From NCBI GenBank assembly GCA_049472355.1, contig JBLIRP010000071.1:1-18661 (forward strand): DNA of 18,661 nt. Reading direction: 5' to 3'. The DNA is from a bacterium. Lineage in GTDB: Bacteria > SZUA-182 > DTGQ01 > JAFGSM01. The notes under the pieces were generated by a model, which saw only the letters and a program-made list of their open reading frames with translations, was not told the origin of the DNA and made no database searches. The position numbers and the translations under genes were made by a program. Positions within the stretch are counted from its first letter, which is position 1. The number at the start of each line of letters is the position of its first letter. Shown here piece after piece: positions 15,574 through 18,661 of this stretch.

Positions 15574-16118
15574 GAGAGACACAGGGCCATTTTACGGCCT
15601 GCCCGGATGGCCGTGCGGTTCATCTCCATGAGGGCGGAATCCCCCTTTCCGGCAAAGGATTCCTCCATCGCCCGCTCCAGGCTTTCCCGGGAGACGACTC
15701 CGCTCTTGGTGCAAAAGGCGGAAAGGGCGATGATGTTCGCCACCTTGATGGAGCCGAGCCGGTCTGCCTCATCCGTAATCGGGATGGCCAGCACATCGAT
15801 GTCCTCCCGAGGGGAATCGGGGTTGATCAGGGAGGAATTCACCAGGAGGAATCCGCCGGGTTTCACCCGGGGGCCGAAACGCTCCATGGATGGCTGGTTC
15901 ATGACGATGCATGCCCATGGATGGGCCACGATGGGCGAACCGATGGCCTGATCGGCGATGATCACCGTGCAGTTTGCGGTGCCGCCGCGCATTTCGGCGC
16001 CGTAGGAGGGAAACCAGGTCACCTCCCTGTTGTCGAGCATGCCGGCCATGGCGAGGAGCTTCCCCATAAGCATGATGCCCTGTCCGCCGAATCCCGCCAT
16101 GATCACCTCGCGATTCAT
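15570..16118 (-). CDS. 2-oxoacid:ferredoxin oxidoreductase gamma subunit
   Basis: AGFGGQG, WFPSYGAEMRGGTANCTV, VANII, NRTAIRAG motifs; ATGA overlap with the beta subunit stop. Confidence 0.93.
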   Translation of the reverse strand: MNREVIMAGFGGQGIMLMGKLLAMAGMLDNREVTWFPSYGAEMRGGTANCTVIIADQAIGSPIVAHPWACIVMNQPSMERFGPRVKPGGFLLVNSSLINPDSPREDIDVLAIPITDEADRLGSIKVANIIALSAFCTKSGVVSRESLERAMEESFAGKGDSALMEMNRTAIRAGRKMALCLS

Positions 16119-16882
16119 GAATCACCTCCCCCTTTTTCGGAAATGTCCTTGAACACCCCCAAGGGGAAGATCTCCTGCATGGACTCCCTGATCCAGCGGT
16201 TTGCCTCCAGAGGAGACATCCCCCAGTTGGTGGGGCATGTGGCGAGGACCTCCACGAGGCTGAATCCCCTGTTTTCGAGCTGGACCTGGAAGGCCTTCCT
16301 GATGGCCCGGGCAGCCTTTCGAATCCTGGCCGGGGTGTCCACGGCAACCCGCTCGATGTACGCGGTCCCCTCCAGGGTGGCGAGCATCTCGCAGACCCTG
16401 AGCGGATAGCCGTCCGTGGAGGCCTTCCTTCCGAAGGGGGTTGTCTTGGTCTTCTGACCGGGCAGGGTGGTAGGGGCCATCTGTCCTCCGGTCATGCCGT
16501 AAACGGCGTTATTGACAAAGATGAAGGTGACGTTTTCACCCCGGTTCGCTGCGTGCACGATCTCTGCGGTGCCGATGGAGGCGAGGTCCCCGTCCCCCTG
16601 GTAGCTGAATACAACGAGGTCGGGACGGGCACGCTTGATGCCGGTGCAGGCGGCGGGCGGACGTCCGTGGGCAACCTCCAGCACGTCGCAGGCAAAATAA
16701 TCGTAGGCAAAAACGGCGCATCCCACCGGGGCGATACCGATGGTCCGGTCCAGGATATTGTAATGGTCGATCGCCTCAGCCACCAGGCGGTGAATGATAC
16801 CGTGGTGACAGCCGGGACAAAACCGGAAGGGAACCGGCTTGAGCGCGGACGGCCTCACGAATATGGCACGGGATGTGTTCAC
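16115..16882 (-). CDS. 2-oxoacid:ferredoxin oxidoreductase beta (TPP-binding) subunit, Vor-type
   Basis: FCPGC, PVGC, HGR, TPP motif QGDGD...NNAVYGMTGGQMAPTT, CPTNW. Confidence 0.93.
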   Translation of the reverse strand: MNTSRAIFVRPSALKPVPFRFCPGCHHGIIHRLVAEAIDHYNILDRTIGIAPVGCAVFAYDYFACDVLEVAHGRPPAACTGIKRARPDLVVFSYQGDGDLASIGTAEIVHAANRGENVTFIFVNNAVYGMTGGQMAPTTLPGQKTKTTPFGRKASTDGYPLRVCEMLATLEGTAYIERVAVDTPARIRKAARAIRKAFQVQLENRGFSLVEVLATCPTNWGMSPLEANRWIRESMQEIFPLGVFKDISEKGGGDS

Positions 16883-16892
16883 TGCACTGTGA

Positions 16893-17975
16893 TTAGAAAT
16901 GACGCTTCACCACCTTCAGGACCTCCTCCGGGTCGAAGATGCCCCCCGCCGGCCTTCCATAGAAGGATACCTCGGCGAGCCCGTTGACCGCCAGACGGCA
17001 GTCCTCCACCATCTGCCCGAGATTCAGCTCCAGCGCAAGAAATCGGATATGGCCTTCGTTGCCTTGTACCAGCCGGAGGAGGGCCTTATTCGGAAAAGGA
17101 TAGAGCGTTATGGGTCTCAGGAGGCCCACGGGCAGCCCTTCATCCCGCGCCATGTACACCACGGAACGCGCAACGCGCGCTGCAGTGCCGAAGGCCACGA
17201 TGCACAGCTCCGCATCCTCGGTCATGAAGGATTCATACCGGGGCAATTCCTCCTCTATCTGCTGGTATTTCCGAAACAGCATCCAGTTGCGCTCCTCAAG
17301 CTCCCCCTCACCCATAAAGAGACTCTTGATCACCCTGGGGGGTCTTTCCTTCGCCCCGGTGAGTGCCCAGTCCTTCTCGGGCAGGGGAGGGGGCGACACA
17401 TCGGCCGGGTAGTCGATCGGCTCCATCATCTGCCCCAGGATACCGTCGCCGAGCACCAGGGTGGGGGTCCGGTACCGGTCGGCCAGATCGAACGCCTCGC
17501 AGGTAAGGTCCATCATCTCCTGCACGGAGCCGGGGGCGAGGCATATGGTGCGGTAATCACCATGGCCTCCGCCCCTGGTGGCCTGAAAGTAATCCCCCTG
17601 GGAGCCCGCAATGTTTCCGAGACCGGGCCCCCCCCGCATGATGTTCACGATCACCGCAGGCAACTCCGCCCCCGCCAGGTAGGAGATGCCCTCCTGCTTG
17701 AGGCTGATCCCGGGGCTCGAGGAGGAGGTCATGGCGCGCACTCCTACCGCGGATGCTCCGAATACCATGTTAATGGCGGCAAGCTCGCTTTCGGCCTGCA
17801 GGAAGACATTTCCGGTCTGGGGCATCCGCCATGACATGTACGCGGGGATTGCATGCTGGGGGGTGATGGGGTACCCGAAATAGCAGCGGCACCCGGCCTG
17901 AACAGCGCCCTCGCACACCGCCTCGTTCCCCTTCATCAGTATCCGTGTTGTCTTCGAACCCTTTTTTTCATCCAT
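16893..17975 (-). CDS. vorB: 2-oxoacid:ferredoxin oxidoreductase alpha subunit (3-methyl-2-oxobutanoate dehydrogenase VorB-like)
   Basis: LMKGNEA, GYPITPQ, QAESE, MTSSSSPGISLKQEGISY, RGGPGLGNI, GGGHGDY, LGDGILGQMMEP, RPITLYPFP. Confidence 0.9.
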   Translation of the reverse strand: MDEKKGSKTTRILMKGNEAVCEGAVQAGCRCYFGYPITPQHAIPAYMSWRMPQTGNVFLQAESELAAINMVFGASAVGVRAMTSSSSPGISLKQEGISYLAGAELPAVIVNIMRGGPGLGNIAGSQGDYFQATRGGGHGDYRTICLAPGSVQEMMDLTCEAFDLADRYRTPTLVLGDGILGQMMEPIDYPADVSPPPLPEKDWALTGAKERPPRVIKSLFMGEGELEERNWMLFRKYQQIEEELPRYESFMTEDAELCIVAFGTAARVARSVVYMARDEGLPVGLLRPITLYPFPNKALLRLVQGNEGHIRFLALELNLGQMVEDCRLAVNGLAEVSFYGRPAGGIFDPEEVLKVVKRHF

Positions 17976-18007
17976 TGTTCACATTCCCCGTCAAAAAAAA
18001 CGCCTCC

Positions 18008-18035
18008 ATTATAGCACATATCCTTCATTCGTAAA
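18008..18035 (-). promoter_or_regulatory. Putative internal extended -10 promoter upstream of vorB
   Basis: TGcTATAAT (18016-18008) with TTTACG (18035-18030) at 16-nt spacing. Confidence 0.6.
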
Positions 18036-18055
18036 GATGTAAAAAGTCATCGACA

Positions 18056-18260
18056 GCAATTGCATTTTGGTATCGTGCTATAGCCGGCAGACATGTTTAC
18101 GGAGCGATATACGGAGGGTTGTTGCTAACCTTCCTGTACTTGGCGAAAGCAACATAGTGCGTGGCTACACCCTGCCTGGCGAGCTTGGGTTGAGGTTGAA
18201 TCGCAAACCCAATTGGTTGATGCAAAGGGCAGCATAGTGCGTCGCTGCGCTCCGCCGGAC
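18056..18260. repeat. Degenerate, inverted relative of the 7281-7519 element
   Basis: GCAATTGCATTTTG (18056-18069) resembles the terminal IR; 18086-18117 matches the reverse complement of 7452-7483 at 28/32; CTTGGCGAA and CGCTGCGCTyCGCC motifs are shared. The right boundary is uncertain. Confidence 0.65.
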
Positions 18261-18282
18261 AAAGTCTGGATCGGGGCATGCG

Positions 18283-18507
18283 TCATTCCAGCACCCGAAT
18301 CTCTATGGCGAGGTCGGGACACATCAGCGCACACGAGGCGCACCCGGTGCACTCCTCCGGGTTTGTAAACACGGCATAGTGGAACCCGGACGCATTCAGG
18401 TCCTCGCTCAGGGTGAGGAGATTGTTTGGACATGCCTCGATGCACAACCCGCACCCCTTGCACCAGTCCTTTTCTATGGTAAGATGAATACCCTTCAATT
18501 GTTGCAT
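18283..18507 (-). CDS. 2x[4Fe-4S] ferredoxin (2-oxoacid oxidoreductase delta subunit), 74 aa
   Basis: CKGCGLCIEACP and CTGCASCALMCP motifs; start moved to ATG 18507 (GGAGG RBS). Confidence 0.9.
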   Translation of the reverse strand: MQQLKGIHLTIEKDWCKGCGLCIEACPNNLLTLSEDLNASGFHYAVFTNPEECTGCASCALMCPDLAIEIRVLE

Positions 18508-18523
18508 AATCAGGTTTCCTCCG

Positions 18524-18661
<138 letters not shown>

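Noticed and set aside
92..17834. Long plus-strand ORFs (92-1198, 3851-4642, 8949-9944, 13292-14167, 16899-17834 and others)
   Set aside because: They are antisense shadows of well-supported minus-strand genes in GC-rich DNA and show no recognisable motifs.
18149..18246. CRISPR-like repeat-spacer-repeat
   Set aside because: Only two imperfect 18-bp units and no cas genes; better explained as part of the repeat element.

Overview
GC-rich bacterial window, most likely Desulfobacterota/deltaproteobacterial (inferred from gene content). All supported genes are on the minus strand. In transcription order: the 3' end of a sensor histidine kinase; a four-subunit Vor-type 2-oxoacid:ferredoxin oxidoreductase (delta ferredoxin, alpha, beta, gamma); a short GNAT-type ArgA; then a type IVa pilus locus. 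The locus holds two tandem, highly divergent minor-pilin/adhesin cassettes (A: fimU-pilW-pilV-pilX-pilY1; B: fimU-pilV-pilW-pilX-pilY1), a membrane-anchored Ig-repeat protein and the start of pilM. Main observations: (1) PilY1-A has two tandem ~170-aa repeats plus a third, circularly permuted copy inserted into the MIDAS loop of its vWA domain; (2) the cassettes differ in gene order, vWA insertion and Ca2+-loop content; (3) a 239-bp MITE/REP-like element with nested inverted repeats lies at the cassette junction, and a degenerate inverted relative splits the oxidoreductase operon. All calls come from reading motifs by eye; no database search was run.
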